Notes: generated from the sequence alone by a model not told the origin. A stretch of 32,000 nucleotides of DNA from Crocosphaera subtropica ATCC 51142 (GCF_000017845.1 NC_010546.1:270001-302000); one strand, 5' to 3'; positions 7,792 through 18,234 are shown, numbered from the stretch's first letter. A program made the numbers and translations.

Positions 7792-9153
7792 CTACTCATT
7801 CATATTTTTATAAGTAGCCACCGCAGAGGGAGAAATCCGATTAAGATAACGGAAGATCCAATATTTGAGAACCGTATCTAAAATCACTGGAAAAGTCGCA
7901 ATAAAAAGAAAGTTGAATTCTTGGTTTTCGGGTAAACCAAAATGACGAGCCACTCCTTCTAAAATCACTTCCCAACCATGAGGAGAGTGGAAACCCACAA
8001 ACATATCAGTAAATAAAATAATTAAGAATGCTTTAGCCGGATCACTTAACCCATATAAAATTTCATCCAAAAAAGACTTAAGCACTTCGATTTCTTTGCG
8101 ACTACTAACAATCACAATTGCAAAAGCTGTAACTGAAAATAAATCAGCAAAAACATTCCCAATTGAGTCAATTCCTTGAGCACGATACTCTTCCGTGATT
8201 TCTCTTGCTTTTTCCTGTACTTTTTCTTCAACTTCTTCATCTGTTAATGGTTCTCTTAAACCAATTAATCCCTGAAATCGTAAAATTTCTTCATAATGAC
8301 TCAACTCTTCAAAGGCTTCTTCTTCTAAATCCTTATTAATAAAAACAACTTGCTCATGATTTTGGAAATATTGATGAATAATTGGAGTGAGTAAAAAAGT
8401 TTTTGTTAATTGATGGGTTAACAAAGGAACAATAATCAACAATAAAATAAACTTAATAGATAGGGCTGTTCTTAAACGGGATTTACGATACTTATTAAGA
8501 ACTTGTTCTTCACTTTCTCCTGATTTTGGATCAATTTCTTGCTTGATTTTATTAAGGGTGTTAATAAAAGATCGAGGAAGAACGCCTGTTTTTTGAGAAG
8601 CAGATTCTAAACGACTATCGTTTTGTCCAGAAGAAATTTTATTATTATTAGAAAGTTTTGAGTTAGTTTGATTTGTGGACTTATTATCTAATGTTTGTGT
8701 TTCTTTGTCCTGTGAAGATTCTTTAGCTAATACGAGAGAACCATTATAAACTTCCTGGGTATCACGAGATTGATATTTAGAAGCGACTTGATCAATAAAT
8801 TCTAATTTCTCAAAAATAATAGCAGCAGTTGTGGCATTTTTTTGTAATTCTCGTTCTGTTGGCCTCTCTTGAGGTAATTCTTGTATATTAGAAATATTAA
8901 GGAAAAGGCGACTGGTCTTAAAAACCCCTAATCCCATATTAATTTTTTGTAAATAACCGTTTACTTCTGTTTTAAAATAAGAGATAACACTATCCCCGTA
9001 GTCAGCGTTCTCCTTCGACACTTTTTTTCCACCAAAATGGTTGTCTTCAATTTCTTTTATTTTTAAAGCTGCTTTATATGCGTTATCTAAGGATCTTTCT
9101 GGGGTAGCTGTTAACCAGTTAGAAGTCTTTTTAATTAAGGACCTAAATTTCAT
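7792..9153 (-). CDS. pxcA: Proton extrusion protein PxcA (CemA family)
   Basis: 453 aa. The C-terminal membrane domain (...FTDMFVGFHSPHGWEVILEGVARHFGLPENQEFNFLFIATFPVILDTVLKYWIFRYLNRISPSAVATYKNMNE) is the CemA/PxcA signature. The N-terminal half is hydrophilic and N/S/Q-rich. Confidence 0.85.
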   Translation of the reverse strand: MKFRSLIKKTSNWLTATPERSLDNAYKAALKIKEIEDNHFGGKKVSKENADYGDSVISYFKTEVNGYLQKINMGLGVFKTSRLFLNISNIQELPQERPTERELQKNATTAAIIFEKLEFIDQVASKYQSRDTQEVYNGSLVLAKESSQDKETQTLDNKSTNQTNSKLSNNNKISSGQNDSRLESASQKTGVLPRSFINTLNKIKQEIDPKSGESEEQVLNKYRKSRLRTALSIKFILLLIIVPLLTHQLTKTFLLTPIIHQYFQNHEQVVFINKDLEEEAFEELSHYEEILRFQGLIGLREPLTDEEVEEKVQEKAREITEEYRAQGIDSIGNVFADLFSVTAFAIVIVSSRKEIEVLKSFLDEILYGLSDPAKAFLIILFTDMFVGFHSPHGWEVILEGVARHFGLPENQEFNFLFIATFPVILDTVLKYWIFRYLNRISPSAVATYKNMNE

Positions 9154-9255
9154 AATAATTGCTACTTACCTGCAACAAACAAAAAATAAAATAGATAGAG
9201 AAACTAGAACCAACTAATGCAAAATAATTGTATAGTAACCCAATTTAATTGAGGA

Positions 9256-11424
9256 ATGTCCGTGAAGCGAACCTCTCTGTGGATTGAAGGAACCAGTCGT
9301 ACTGGAAAAACAACCGAATTAGTTAGAGAGTTTTGTGATTGGGTTGAAAACAAACGTCAAGAAAAAACAACCTCCTCTGTCCAATCCGTGACTCAAAATC
9401 TTGCCTCATCCCTATTAGTTTTCTCAGCAAATGATGATAATCGTCGGGATTTAGCTGATCAACTATCCTTTGCCGTAAGAGGAAATTATCCCATTCACTG
9501 TAAAACCCTTATGGGGTGGATGAGAGACGAAATCAAACTGTTTTGGCCGCTGTTATTCGAGGAACTTTCCTTAAAAGCCCAGTTTCCCTTACTCTTACGT
9601 CCCGAAACGGAACAATTCTTAGCCACTCAGTTATGGCGATATATTTGTACCTCCAATAGAGGAGCCTACTTTGACCAGTATCCAGCAGCATTAACCCAAA
9701 ACAACGAGTTTCGCTTTGTCCGTCAAACTTTGGACTTGCTACAGTTAGCGGGTGCGAGTGGAATTATGGTTGAGCATATCCCTTATATTCTAGAACATGG
9801 TTTAGAAGGAGGGGATCAATTTTTAGAAGAGCTAAATAATTCAGAGGAGGGGACTTCTTTCGGTCAATTACGGGGTCATTTCATTTTAGAATGGCAAAAA
9901 TGGTGTTTAAAGCGGGGTTTCTTAACCTATGGCTTAATTTATACCCTTTATTGGCGATATTTATTACCCAATCCTCAATATCAACACCATTTAATTAGTC
10001 GTTATCAGGGAATTTTTGCCGATGATGTTGATGATTATCCAGGAATTGCTAAAGATTTATTTCAGTTTCTTTTAGATCATAACGCCTTTGGTATCTTTAC
10101 TTACAATCCTGATGGACAAGTTCGTTTAGGGTTGAATGCCGATCCTCAATATTTATCCCAGTTATCCTCTTTTTGTGAAGTAAAACTATTAGCTAATTAT
10201 CCCAGAATTCAGAGTAATTATGGTGAGACGATTGTTCGATTAGCCACCAATCCTTTATCGGTGGAAAATTTACCAGATTGTTTTACTTCGGTTCAAGCTA
10301 TCTCCCGTGCTGAACTATTACGAAATACCGCTAATTTTATCGTCGATGCTATCAAAAACAAACAAATTAATCCTGAAGATGTTGCCATTATTGCCCCAGG
10401 ATTAGACGAAATTGCTCGTTATACATTCATCGAAATATTATCGGCCGCTAATATTCCTCTTAAACCATTAAATGAACAACGTTCTTTAATCAGTTTTCCT
10501 TTAGTTAGAGCCTTATTAACCCTTTTAGGACTGGTTTATCCAGGCTTAGGAAAATTGTTTAGAGGGGATGATATTGCTCAAATGCTTACCACATTGAGTT
10601 ATGATACTGACCAAAAAACGGCAATAATTGATCCAGTAAGAGCCGGTTTGATTGCTGATAGTTGTTATGAAATTAAGTTTAAAACTTCTCAATTATTACC
10701 CATTGAAACTTATCCTCGTTGGGATAGAATTGGCCATCAAGCGACGGAAGCTTATAATTATCTGGTTCATTGGATCAAAGAAACTCAAGCGCAAATAAAA
10801 CAAGACCAGCTTTCGAGTCCTATGATGGTATTAGATAAAGCCATTAAGGAATTAATAGAAGTCAAATATCAATTATCCTATCAGCAATTATCTGCTTTAA
10901 GAGAATTAACAGAAACAACTCAACATTTTTGGGAAATTGATCGCCGTTTACGACAATACGATCCTGACCCAAAATCTCCACAAGAAACCTTAATTGAGTT
11001 TATTCAATTACTACAACGGGGAACAATTACAGCGAATCCTCGACCTATGTATTACTTAGGCAAACAACCCAGTTATGTAACCCTAGCAACTATTTTCCAG
11101 TATCGCTCTTTACGACCTTGCCACCGTTGGCAATTTTGGCTAGATGTCTCATCTAATTTATGGGAAAAAGGTGGGGCTTCAGTGCTATTTTGCGCCCTTC
11201 TATTTCTCCGAGAATGGTCAGGACGAACTCTAACTCCTGAAGATGAATTTGAAGCCGATCAAGCACGTTTACAGAGGATTTTGAGAGATTTATTAGGGAG
11301 AGTAGAGGAAAAAATTATTTTATGTCACAGTGATCTAAGTGTTAAGGGAACGGAACAAACAGGGCCTTTATTAACTTTAGTTAATGGTTCTCAAGAAATC
11401 GAACTAATAACAAATAATAAATAA
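9256..11424 (+). CDS. UvrD/AddB-like SF1 helicase-related P-loop protein, function unknown
   Basis: 722 aa. Walker A is GTSRTGKT. A motif-II-like ADDVDD replaces DExQD. The UvrD_C-like segment VTLATIFQYRSLRPCHRWQFWLDV sits where canonical helicases have TIHKSKGLEF..V. Motif interpretation is from memory of SF1 motifs. Confidence 0.55.
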   Translation: MSVKRTSLWIEGTSRTGKTTELVREFCDWVENKRQEKTTSSVQSVTQNLASSLLVFSANDDNRRDLADQLSFAVRGNYPIHCKTLMGWMRDEIKLFWPLLFEELSLKAQFPLLLRPETEQFLATQLWRYICTSNRGAYFDQYPAALTQNNEFRFVRQTLDLLQLAGASGIMVEHIPYILEHGLEGGDQFLEELNNSEEGTSFGQLRGHFILEWQKWCLKRGFLTYGLIYTLYWRYLLPNPQYQHHLISRYQGIFADDVDDYPGIAKDLFQFLLDHNAFGIFTYNPDGQVRLGLNADPQYLSQLSSFCEVKLLANYPRIQSNYGETIVRLATNPLSVENLPDCFTSVQAISRAELLRNTANFIVDAIKNKQINPEDVAIIAPGLDEIARYTFIEILSAANIPLKPLNEQRSLISFPLVRALLTLLGLVYPGLGKLFRGDDIAQMLTTLSYDTDQKTAIIDPVRAGLIADSCYEIKFKTSQLLPIETYPRWDRIGHQATEAYNYLVHWIKETQAQIKQDQLSSPMMVLDKAIKELIEVKYQLSYQQLSALRELTETTQHFWEIDRRLRQYDPDPKSPQETLIEFIQLLQRGTITANPRPMYYLGKQPSYVTLATIFQYRSLRPCHRWQFWLDVSSNLWEKGGASVLFCALLFLREWSGRTLTPEDEFEADQARLQRILRDLLGRVEEKIILCHSDLSVKGTEQTGPLLTLVNGSQEIELITNNK

Positions 11425-11432
11425 TGAATACT

Positions 11433-11801
11433 TTAGGAATTTCTTAACAATTGTTTCACTGTTCCTAATAACTCCTCGTGAGGAAATGGCTTAATAATAT
11501 AAGCATCGGCCCCCTGTTTTAAACCCCAGTAACTATCAACTTGAGTGTTTTTAGTTGAACAAAGAATGACAGGAATATGCTCTGTTTTCGGATCACTTTT
11601 AATACTCCGACAAGTCTGATAACCATTAAGCTTAGGCATAACCACATCAAGAATAATCAGATCAGGCGCAAGGGATTTTAACTTTTCTAAAGCTTCAGCC
11701 CCATCCATGGCTGTGGTAACAGAAAAACCATTATCTGTAAGTAAACCAGCAATCAGTTCACGTTGAGCAGTGCTATCATCGGCTAGTAAAATTGTAGGCA
11801 T
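11433..11801 (-). CDS. Single-domain CheY-like response regulator receiver
   Basis: 122 aa. LLADDS...PDLIILDVVMPKLNG...CSTK...GADAYIIKPF gives the acidic pocket, phospho-acceptor Asp, the conserved Thr/Ser position and the Lys of REC domains. No output domain. Confidence 0.85.
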   Translation of the reverse strand: MPTILLADDSTAQRELIAGLLTDNGFSVTTAMDGAEALEKLKSLAPDLIILDVVMPKLNGYQTCRSIKSDPKTEHIPVILCSTKNTQVDSYWGLKQGADAYIIKPFPHEELLGTVKQLLRNS

Positions 11802-11920
11802 AAGAAGTCATTGAGAAATAAGCTTTAGTGACAACCAATCATTAAGATCCTACATAATAGGATACCCAGAAACCCAACACAATGATCATTAATTTTCAGA
11901 ATAAGAGTGTTAAGCCATAC

Positions 11921-11955
11921 TCAAAAGCCCTAACTTGAGTGTTATGGTTAGGGCT
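11921..11955 (-). terminator. Rho-independent terminator downstream of rpsU
   Basis: Perfect 9-bp stem AGCCCTAAC (11926-11934) / GTTAGGGCT (11947-11955). On the minus strand the hairpin is followed by CTTTTGAG. A second palindrome TCCCCTAG-TAT-CTAGGGGA lies at 11964-11982. Confidence 0.65.
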
Positions 11956-12034
11956 ATTTAACCTCCCCTAGTATCTAGGGGAAAGGGTTCTTATATGAAT
12001 TCACATATCGCTATGAGCAAAGAATCTCTAGAAC

Positions 12035-12217
12035 TTAGTGGCGACGCGATCGCTGTCTTCGCCGAGTCGCTTCTTTGCGCTTGCGTTTTTCTTGTGGCGT
12101 TTCAAAAAATTGGTGCTTTTTATAGTCTGTGTAGATTCCAGCTTTAGCAACCTGTCGTTTAAAGCGACGTAACGCAGATTCTATGGGTTCGTTTTGACCA
12201 ACAACTACTTGGGTCAT
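12035..12217 (-). CDS. rpsU: 30S ribosomal protein S21
   Basis: 60 aa. [28 protein letters not shown]...[17 protein letters not shown] strong SD (AGGAGG) lies upstream. Confidence 0.93.
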   Translation of the reverse strand: MTQVVVGQNEPIESALRRFKRQVAKAGIYTDYKKHQFFETPQEKRKRKEATRRRQRSRRH

Positions 12218-12357
12218 TATGTAACTTTACACCTCCTATTTTTATGTATTTTAGTTCGACCCTATCAGCTATGACACTGACGAGTCTTATTTTTATTAAA
12301 GCTCATTGAGGTACATTTTCTCAACCTATCAAGTATAGCTTATTACGGAACCTTTAA

Positions 12358-14520
12358 TTAATTAATCACGTTAATCCCTTGAATTAACCAGCGATCGCCT
12401 TGACGGATTAAATCATAACGAACCCGTAAATTATCGTTATAAGAACGACTGACCCTACCACCTTGATAGTATTGAGCGGATTCTTGAACATTGGCATCAA
12501 CAACCGCTTGATTGGGGTTATTGGTACTGGGTTTAAAGGAATTAACTTGAACTTGGTGTTTGTAGGTCCAATAATTTTGATTTTGTTGTAATTGTTGCGC
12601 TTGCCGTTGCCATCGAGACAGTAGAGGGTTGGCCAAAATTGTCTTTAAGGATTCAATGTCATGGCTTTGGCCAAAAGCTTGAGATTTACTGGATAACCAG
12701 GTTTCTACTACTTGTTGGGCCCCTTCGAGGGTTAACATTCCGGTGGCCGTTACCATTTGAGCATCAGCAGAGGGAATATCAATGAGAGGTTGATGAAGAG
12801 AAACGGAGTATTGTCCTTTTTCTAGGGCAGATAAGGGAGAATTGGCTTTAGACATCCAAGTGATTCCCAGGCCGATTAATCCCACTCCCCCCACAATCGC
12901 AACTGCTGTTAAGCCTACTTTTGGACTACGTCGTGGGGGACGAGTGGGCAACGTTTTTGCAAGGGGAACGGTTTGGGTAGAAGCGGGTTTTCGGTTGGGG
13001 GACTGTTCTAAAACAGTTTCACGAATCGGTTGCGGGTCAGGTTTTGGGGCATACTGTTTGCGCTTACGACGACGCACATCCCGAATATCTATAGGAGAGA
13101 GGGAACGAACCGGCAGACTAACTGGGTCTAAGGCCGCATTTCCTTGTTCTAGGGGTTGATACCTAGGATAACGACGATTATTATGCAGACGACTACGAGA
13201 AGGTGGATTTTTTTCAGGGTTCATCACCCCTTGGGGTTTGGGAGGAGAGGGCGTGAGCAATTGGTTAAGATAGGTTTGAACATCTTGATCGGCAAAATAT
13301 TCTTTCAAAGAGGCAGTTTTTTCTTTTAAATCCCTAAAATGGGCAAAAACTTCCGTTTGTAACCAATGTTCACCATAGCGACATAATCCTGGTAAGAGAT
13401 CGGGAGCCCCTTGGGAATTTTCTCGTATAAACTTTAATGCTTGTTGATCTTGACATCGTTCTAATGCCTGGGCTGCTGCTTGGGTTTGTCCCAGTAATAA
13501 AGCAACGATGGATTGTTCGATGGACACATCTTGACGAGGTTCTAACCCCTCAAGCACCGTTTTCGCTTCTAGGATTAATGAGGGTTGTTTTTGGGCAAAT
13601 CCTTGAGCTATTAGGGCATATACCCCTAAATAGGCTGCTACAGAAGAGGGACGCTGTGCCTCTTCGATAAAAATGTCTTTTTGTTCTTCAGCCGTTAAAT
13701 ATGTTCGGATTTGCTGAATAAAGCGCAAAAAATCATCAATTCCTAGGCCAGAGTGATCGTCTCCCTTGCCATCAATGCCCTGACGCTCTTCTAACATCGA
13801 TTGTAATAACTTTATCCCTGTCTGACGGGGGACTGTATTTTTGAGCGGGGCTGCCAGTAATTCTAAAATTCGATAGGGACGCAGTTTATGGAGTTCTGCA
13901 CGAATTTCTGTTTGTATGGAAGGAAAAAGGTTATTTTTTTCTAATAGGGTTAATCCTTGGGTTCCGGCTAAGGCTGCTGGCTCATAGGCTTGTTGATGCC
14001 ATTGCTCTCGGCTAATTTCTAAATAAGCTAAAGCAATACTTAAGATTGTGTCAGTGCGGTGCTTAGTGGCTGTATCATCAATATCTAAAGAAAGAGAAGA
14101 GGTCGGAAGGGTCTGAAGATAACTTTCACCATATTTGATCACTAGCTCATATTCTCCTAACTCATGGAGAATTAAAAGACTGCCCGTAAGTTGCTCCGGC
14201 TCAATATCAATCTCCGCAGTGGTAAGAGGGGAACTTTCTGACACGGCTTCCGTCGCTGACCGAGGAGATGGGCTTTCCCCTGCTTCTTGATAGGAAGCTT
14301 GGTCTTGCCAAAATTGCGCCTCATACTTGGCTTTTTGAGCAGGGTTAGATAAAACCCCATAAGCTTGCTCTAGCAACTGTCTACGGGACTGGATCGCTTG
14401 ATTACTGTATTCCCGACGGGGCAATTGAATACTGCGATCACGATAAGCTTGACGAAGTTGCTCATCTGTTACTTGGGGAAAAATTCCTAATATCCTGTAG
14501 TAGTCTAGCGGTATGCGCAC
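12358..14520 (-). CDS. ftn2: Cell-division protein Ftn2/ZipN (ARC6 homologue; DnaJ-domain, Pro-rich linker, TM, C-terminal DUF4101-like domain)
   Basis: 720 aa with a GTG start. The N-terminal J-like domain is IPLDYYRILGIFPQVTDEQLRQAYRDR. A Pro/Arg-rich linker is followed by one TM (GLTAVAIVGGVGLIGLGITW) and a conserved C-terminal domain, the same architecture as cyanobacterial Ftn2/plant ARC6. Confidence 0.8.
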   Translation of the reverse strand: MRIPLDYYRILGIFPQVTDEQLRQAYRDRSIQLPRREYSNQAIQSRRQLLEQAYGVLSNPAQKAKYEAQFWQDQASYQEAGESPSPRSATEAVSESSPLTTAEIDIEPEQLTGSLLILHELGEYELVIKYGESYLQTLPTSSLSLDIDDTATKHRTDTILSIALAYLEISREQWHQQAYEPAALAGTQGLTLLEKNNLFPSIQTEIRAELHKLRPYRILELLAAPLKNTVPRQTGIKLLQSMLEERQGIDGKGDDHSGLGIDDFLRFIQQIRTYLTAEEQKDIFIEEAQRPSSVAAYLGVYALIAQGFAQKQPSLILEAKTVLEGLEPRQDVSIEQSIVALLLGQTQAAAQALERCQDQQALKFIRENSQGAPDLLPGLCRYGEHWLQTEVFAHFRDLKEKTASLKEYFADQDVQTYLNQLLTPSPPKPQGVMNPEKNPPSRSRLHNNRRYPRYQPLEQGNAALDPVSLPVRSLSPIDIRDVRRRKRKQYAPKPDPQPIRETVLEQSPNRKPASTQTVPLAKTLPTRPPRRSPKVGLTAVAIVGGVGLIGLGITWMSKANSPLSALEKGQYSVSLHQPLIDIPSADAQMVTATGMLTLEGAQQVVETWLSSKSQAFGQSHDIESLKTILANPLLSRWQRQAQQLQQNQNYWTYKHQVQVNSFKPSTNNPNQAVVDANVQESAQYYQGGRVSRSYNDNLRVRYDLIRQGDRWLIQGINVIN

Positions 14521-14871
14521 GGTTGACTTCCTCAGAGCAGGGTGACTTAATTTTATATATTTAGGATTAACAAGAATGATGATAAAGAATCATCTATAGG
14601 ATTTAAGAGATTTGATTATGAAATCAAAAATAGGGTTGGCAAGATTGTAACTTAAAGATTCATTTTAGTAAAAGTTTTTTTTATTTGTGGTAAGCTCAGG
14701 CACTTAACCTGACAATACCTATTCAGTTTAAACTGGAACAGGAGGAAATTGCTTTTTCCTAAAAAGGGTTACGATAGCCTACCTCGATATATGATTGTAG
14801 CGATATTTTTGATTCTTGGTTGGCTTCCCTAATAGTTAGTTCAATTGTTCTAAATTATTGTTTGAATTGTT

Positions 14872-15903
14872 ATGGTTTCTGAACGTACTTTGCCTGAATT
14901 TAATACAACGTCCATTCAACTAACCCAAGAAGAAGGGTTAATGTTGTATGAGGATATGACCTTAGGCCGCTTATTTGAGGATAAATGTGCTGAGATGTAC
15001 TATCGAGGTCGAATGTTCGGTTTTGTCCACCTCTACAACGGACAAGAAGCGGTTTCCACCGGTATTATCAAAGCGTTACGCCCCGACGAAGACTATGTAT
15101 CTAGTACCTATCGGGATCACGTTCATGCCCTGAGTTGTGGGGTTCCCCCCCGTGAAGTGATGGCGGAGTTATTTGGTAAAGAAACCGGTTGCAGTAAGGG
15201 CCGTGGAGGTTCGATGCACCTATTCTCTGAAAAACACCGACTGTTAGGGGGTTATGCTTTTGTTGCAGAAGGCATTCCCGTGGCTACAGGGGCAGCCTTT
15301 CAAAGTAAGTATAGGCGAGAAATGATGGGAGATGAAACCGCCGATCAAGTGACGGTGTGTTTCTTTGGAGATGGGGCCAGCAATAACGGTCAATTTTTTG
15401 AATGTTTAAACATGGCGGCCCTCTGGAAATTACCCATTATTTATGTTGTAGAAAATAATAAATGGGCGATCGGTATGGCCCACAACCGCGCCACTTCTCA
15501 ACCCGAAATCTACAAAAAAGCCAGTGTGTTTGATATGGTCGGGGTAGAAGTAGATGGCATGGACGTTCTTGCGGTGAGAAAAGTGGCTCAAGAAGCTATC
15601 GCCCGGGCCCGTGCAGGGGAAGGTCCGACCCTGATCGAAGCTTTAACCTATCGTTTTCGAGGTCACTCTCTGGCCGATCCCGATGAACTGCGATCGCCTG
15701 ATGAAAAACAGTTTTGGGGTAGTAAAGATCCCATTCAACGATTAGAAGCCTATTTAATTGAGCATAATTTAGCCAATCAAAGCGAGTTAGACGAAATCAA
15801 GCAAAAAGTTCAAGCATCGGTGGATGATGCCGTAAAATTTGCCGAAGAAAGTCCTGAACCTGATCCGAAAGAGTTATATCGTTACGTTTTCGCTGAAGAT
15901 TGA
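14872..15903 (+). CDS. pdhA: Pyruvate dehydrogenase E1 component, alpha subunit
   Basis: 343 aa. [21 protein letters not shown]...GKGGSMH...[14 protein letters not shown] (TPP-binding GDG-N motif) ...[11 protein letters not shown]. Confidence 0.92.
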   Translation: MVSERTLPEFNTTSIQLTQEEGLMLYEDMTLGRLFEDKCAEMYYRGRMFGFVHLYNGQEAVSTGIIKALRPDEDYVSSTYRDHVHALSCGVPPREVMAELFGKETGCSKGRGGSMHLFSEKHRLLGGYAFVAEGIPVATGAAFQSKYRREMMGDETADQVTVCFFGDGASNNGQFFECLNMAALWKLPIIYVVENNKWAIGMAHNRATSQPEIYKKASVFDMVGVEVDGMDVLAVRKVAQEAIARARAGEGPTLIEALTYRFRGHSLADPDELRSPDEKQFWGSKDPIQRLEAYLIEHNLANQSELDEIKQKVQASVDDAVKFAEESPEPDPKELYRYVFAED

Positions 15904-15977
15904 TATTGATTTAACTCCAGAGGAAGAAAAAGAATATTTAGGAGGAACAAGAAGTTAATCCCCCTACAGCTAATCAC

Positions 15978-16008
15978 AACCCCATGATTAAATAATGGGG
16001 TTTCTCTG
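15978..16008 (+). terminator. Rho-independent terminator after pdhA
   Basis: 8-bp stem AACCCCAT (15978-15985) / ATGGGGTT (15995-16002), followed by TCTCTGATTATTT. Confidence 0.6.
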
Positions 16009-16125
16009 ATTATTTAGAAAACGAACAGAACATAAAAGCCATCTTGTTAAGTCCTGACTATTCTGTTCTCAGTCTTCGTATAATGGTAAGATAGAAAACT
16101 CTACAGATTCGGGAGGAACAGTCGA

Positions 16126-17169
16126 TTGTTCAAGCCAGTCAATGTCGCTATACTAGGAGCAACCGGAGCCGTTGGCACTGAGTTGCTAGAACTTTTAGAA
16201 AGCCGTAACTTTCCCTTAAATAACCTCAAACTTTTAGCTTCTTCTCGTTCAGCCGGAACCCATCTGAAATTTAAAGGAGAAAGCATCAAAGTTGAAGCAG
16301 TAGACGAAAAGGCTTTCGATGACGTTGACCTTGTTTTAGCTTCGGCTGGTGGTTCTACCTCGAAAGCTTGGGCGCAAACTATTGTAGACTCTGGAGCCGT
16401 GATGGTGGATAACTCCAGTGCCTTCCGCATGAACCCAGATGTTCCCCTGATTGTTCCAGAAATTAACCCAGAAGCGGCCGCTAACCATCAAGGCATTATC
16501 GCTAATCCTAACTGTACGACGATTCTGATGGCAGTAGCCATTTACCCTTTGCACCAAGTTCAACCCATCGAACGCATTGTGGTATCGACGTACCAGTCAG
16601 CCAGTGGAGCCGGTGCTAGGGCAATGGAAGAAGTCAAAATTCAATCCCAAGCTATTTTAAAAGGAGAAGACCCTAAAGCAGAAATTTTACCCTATCCCCT
16701 CGCTTTTAACCTCTTTCCCCATAACTCTCCCTTAACTGAAACAGGATACTGTGAAGAGGAGATGAAAATGGTTAATGAAACCCGTAAAATATTTAATACA
16801 CCCCATTTAAAAATTACTGCAACTTGTGTTAGAGTGCCAGTGCTACGGGCCCATTCAGAAGCCATTAATTTAGAATTTAAAGCACCGTTTTCTGTCGCCC
16901 AGGCTAGGGAAATTATTGCTCAATCCCCAGGAGTTCAATTACTCGAAGATTGGCAGAAAAACTATTTTCCTATGCCCATTGATGCTTCCGGTAAAGATGA
17001 TGTTTTAGTGGGTAGAATTCGTCAAGATATTTCTGATCCCAATGGCCTAGAATTGTGGATTTGTGGGGATCAAATTCGTAAAGGGGCAGCGTTAAATGCT
17101 GTGCAAATTGCTGAATTATTAATGGAGAAAAGTTTGTTAAATATAGCCAAATCATCTCTAAAGGTATAA
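16126..17169 (+). CDS. asd: Aspartate-semialdehyde dehydrogenase
   Basis: 347 aa. TTG start preceded by GGGAGG. VAILGATGAVGTELL (NADP site), IIANPNCTTI (catalytic Cys), SASGAG. Confidence 0.92.
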   Translation: MFKPVNVAILGATGAVGTELLELLESRNFPLNNLKLLASSRSAGTHLKFKGESIKVEAVDEKAFDDVDLVLASAGGSTSKAWAQTIVDSGAVMVDNSSAFRMNPDVPLIVPEINPEAAANHQGIIANPNCTTILMAVAIYPLHQVQPIERIVVSTYQSASGAGARAMEEVKIQSQAILKGEDPKAEILPYPLAFNLFPHNSPLTETGYCEEEMKMVNETRKIFNTPHLKITATCVRVPVLRAHSEAINLEFKAPFSVAQAREIIAQSPGVQLLEDWQKNYFPMPIDASGKDDVLVGRIRQDISDPNGLELWICGDQIRKGAALNAVQIAELLMEKSLLNIAKSSLKV

Positions 17170-17226
17170 GGAAAATTATTAAGTAGAATTAGGTGCAAAA
17201 TAAAACTGTAACGGATAAGCAAGTTC

Positions 17227-18123
17227 ATGAGTGAGCAAAGTTTTGGTAAGGTGATTACTGCAATGGTAACGCCATTCGATAATGAGGGAAATGTCAACTA
17301 TGAAATGGCAGAAAAATTGGCCGTTCATTTAGTTGATAATGGTAGCGACAGCTTATTACTTTGTGGGACAACAGGGGAGTCTCCTACCCTGAGTTGGTCA
17401 GAAAAATCTCAGTTATTTCAAGTGGTCAAAAAAGCAGTAGGATCTAAAGGGAAAGTATTAGCAGGAACGGGGGCTAATTCGACTCAGCACGCAGTTGAAA
17501 TGACCGAAAAAGTTGCTAAAATGGGCTTAGATGGCTCATTACAAGTGGTTCCTTATTACAACAAACCTCCTCAAGACGGACTATATGAACATTTTAAAAA
17601 AATTGCTGAAAGTGTAGGCAATTTTCCTATTATGTTGTATAATATACCTGGGCGTACAGGACAAAATATGTCCCCCGAAACCATTGCTAAATTAGCAGAA
17701 ATTAATAATATTATTGCTATAAAAGAAGCTAGTGGAAATTTAGAACAAGCCTGTAAAATTCGGCGAATGACCGCTCCCTCATTTATAATTTATGCTGGAG
17801 ATGACTTTTTAACCTTACCGTTGTTAACCGTAGGAGGAATAGGGGTTGTCAGTGTGGCCAGTCATTTAGTTGGCACACAAATACAACAAATGATCGCAGC
17901 ATTTGATAATAATCAAGGGAGTAAAGCAACAGAAATTAATGTGAAACTTTTTCCCTTATTTAAAGTCTTATTTTGTACAACCAATCCTATCCCCATCAAA
18001 GCAGCATTAAATTTACAAGGATGGCAAGTCGGAAGTGTAAGACTTCCCCTAGTAGAATTGTCAGAAACCTTAAAAGAAGAGGTTAAAGTCGTCTTAAAAG
18101 AATTATCTCTAATTGAAAAGTAA
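17227..18123 (+). CDS. dapA: 4-hydroxy-tetrahydrodipicolinate synthase
   Basis: 298 aa. ITAMVTPF, CGTTGESPTLS, VVPYYNKP, YNIPGRTG, and IIAIKEASG (Schiff-base Lys). Confidence 0.93.
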   Translation: MSEQSFGKVITAMVTPFDNEGNVNYEMAEKLAVHLVDNGSDSLLLCGTTGESPTLSWSEKSQLFQVVKKAVGSKGKVLAGTGANSTQHAVEMTEKVAKMGLDGSLQVVPYYNKPPQDGLYEHFKKIAESVGNFPIMLYNIPGRTGQNMSPETIAKLAEINNIIAIKEASGNLEQACKIRRMTAPSFIIYAGDDFLTLPLLTVGGIGVVSVASHLVGTQIQQMIAAFDNNQGSKATEINVKLFPLFKVLFCTTNPIPIKAALNLQGWQVGSVRLPLVELSETLKEEVKVVLKELSLIEK

Positions 18124-18234
18124 TTAATCAATAAATTGATCACTTAAAACAATAATTTTGACCATCAATAGAGTTTTATTCAAGTTCACTAAAAAACGAA
18201 ACCATTAATCCATGACTTAATAATAAGGAGGAAA

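Noticed and set aside
12842-13159. 105-aa antisense ORF inside ftn2, and similar antisense or out-of-frame ORFs at 2190, 7208, 13437, 14172, 16101, 16336, 16970, 17070, 17913, 19168, 19626, 21278, 21935, 23709, 25408, 25657, 30024 and 31551
   Set aside because: All are embedded in strongly supported genes on the opposite strand or in another frame. They have low-complexity or biased composition (for example an Arg/Gly-rich mirror of the Pro-rich Ftn2 linker) and no motifs.
14791-14832. 13-codon hydrophobic uORF (MIVAIFLILGWLP) 40 nt upstream of pdhA
   Set aside because: It is too short and has no SD. I have no conservation information and know of no leader-peptide mechanism for pdhA. It is indistinguishable from chance.
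16023-16068. 8-bp inverted repeat GAACAGAA...TTCTGTTC upstream of the asd -10-like TATAAT (16079-16084)
   Set aside because: My rough estimate is that an 8-bp inverted repeat in a 220-bp spacer occurs by chance with a probability of a few tenths. The 30-nt loop also makes a stable hairpin or operator unlikely.
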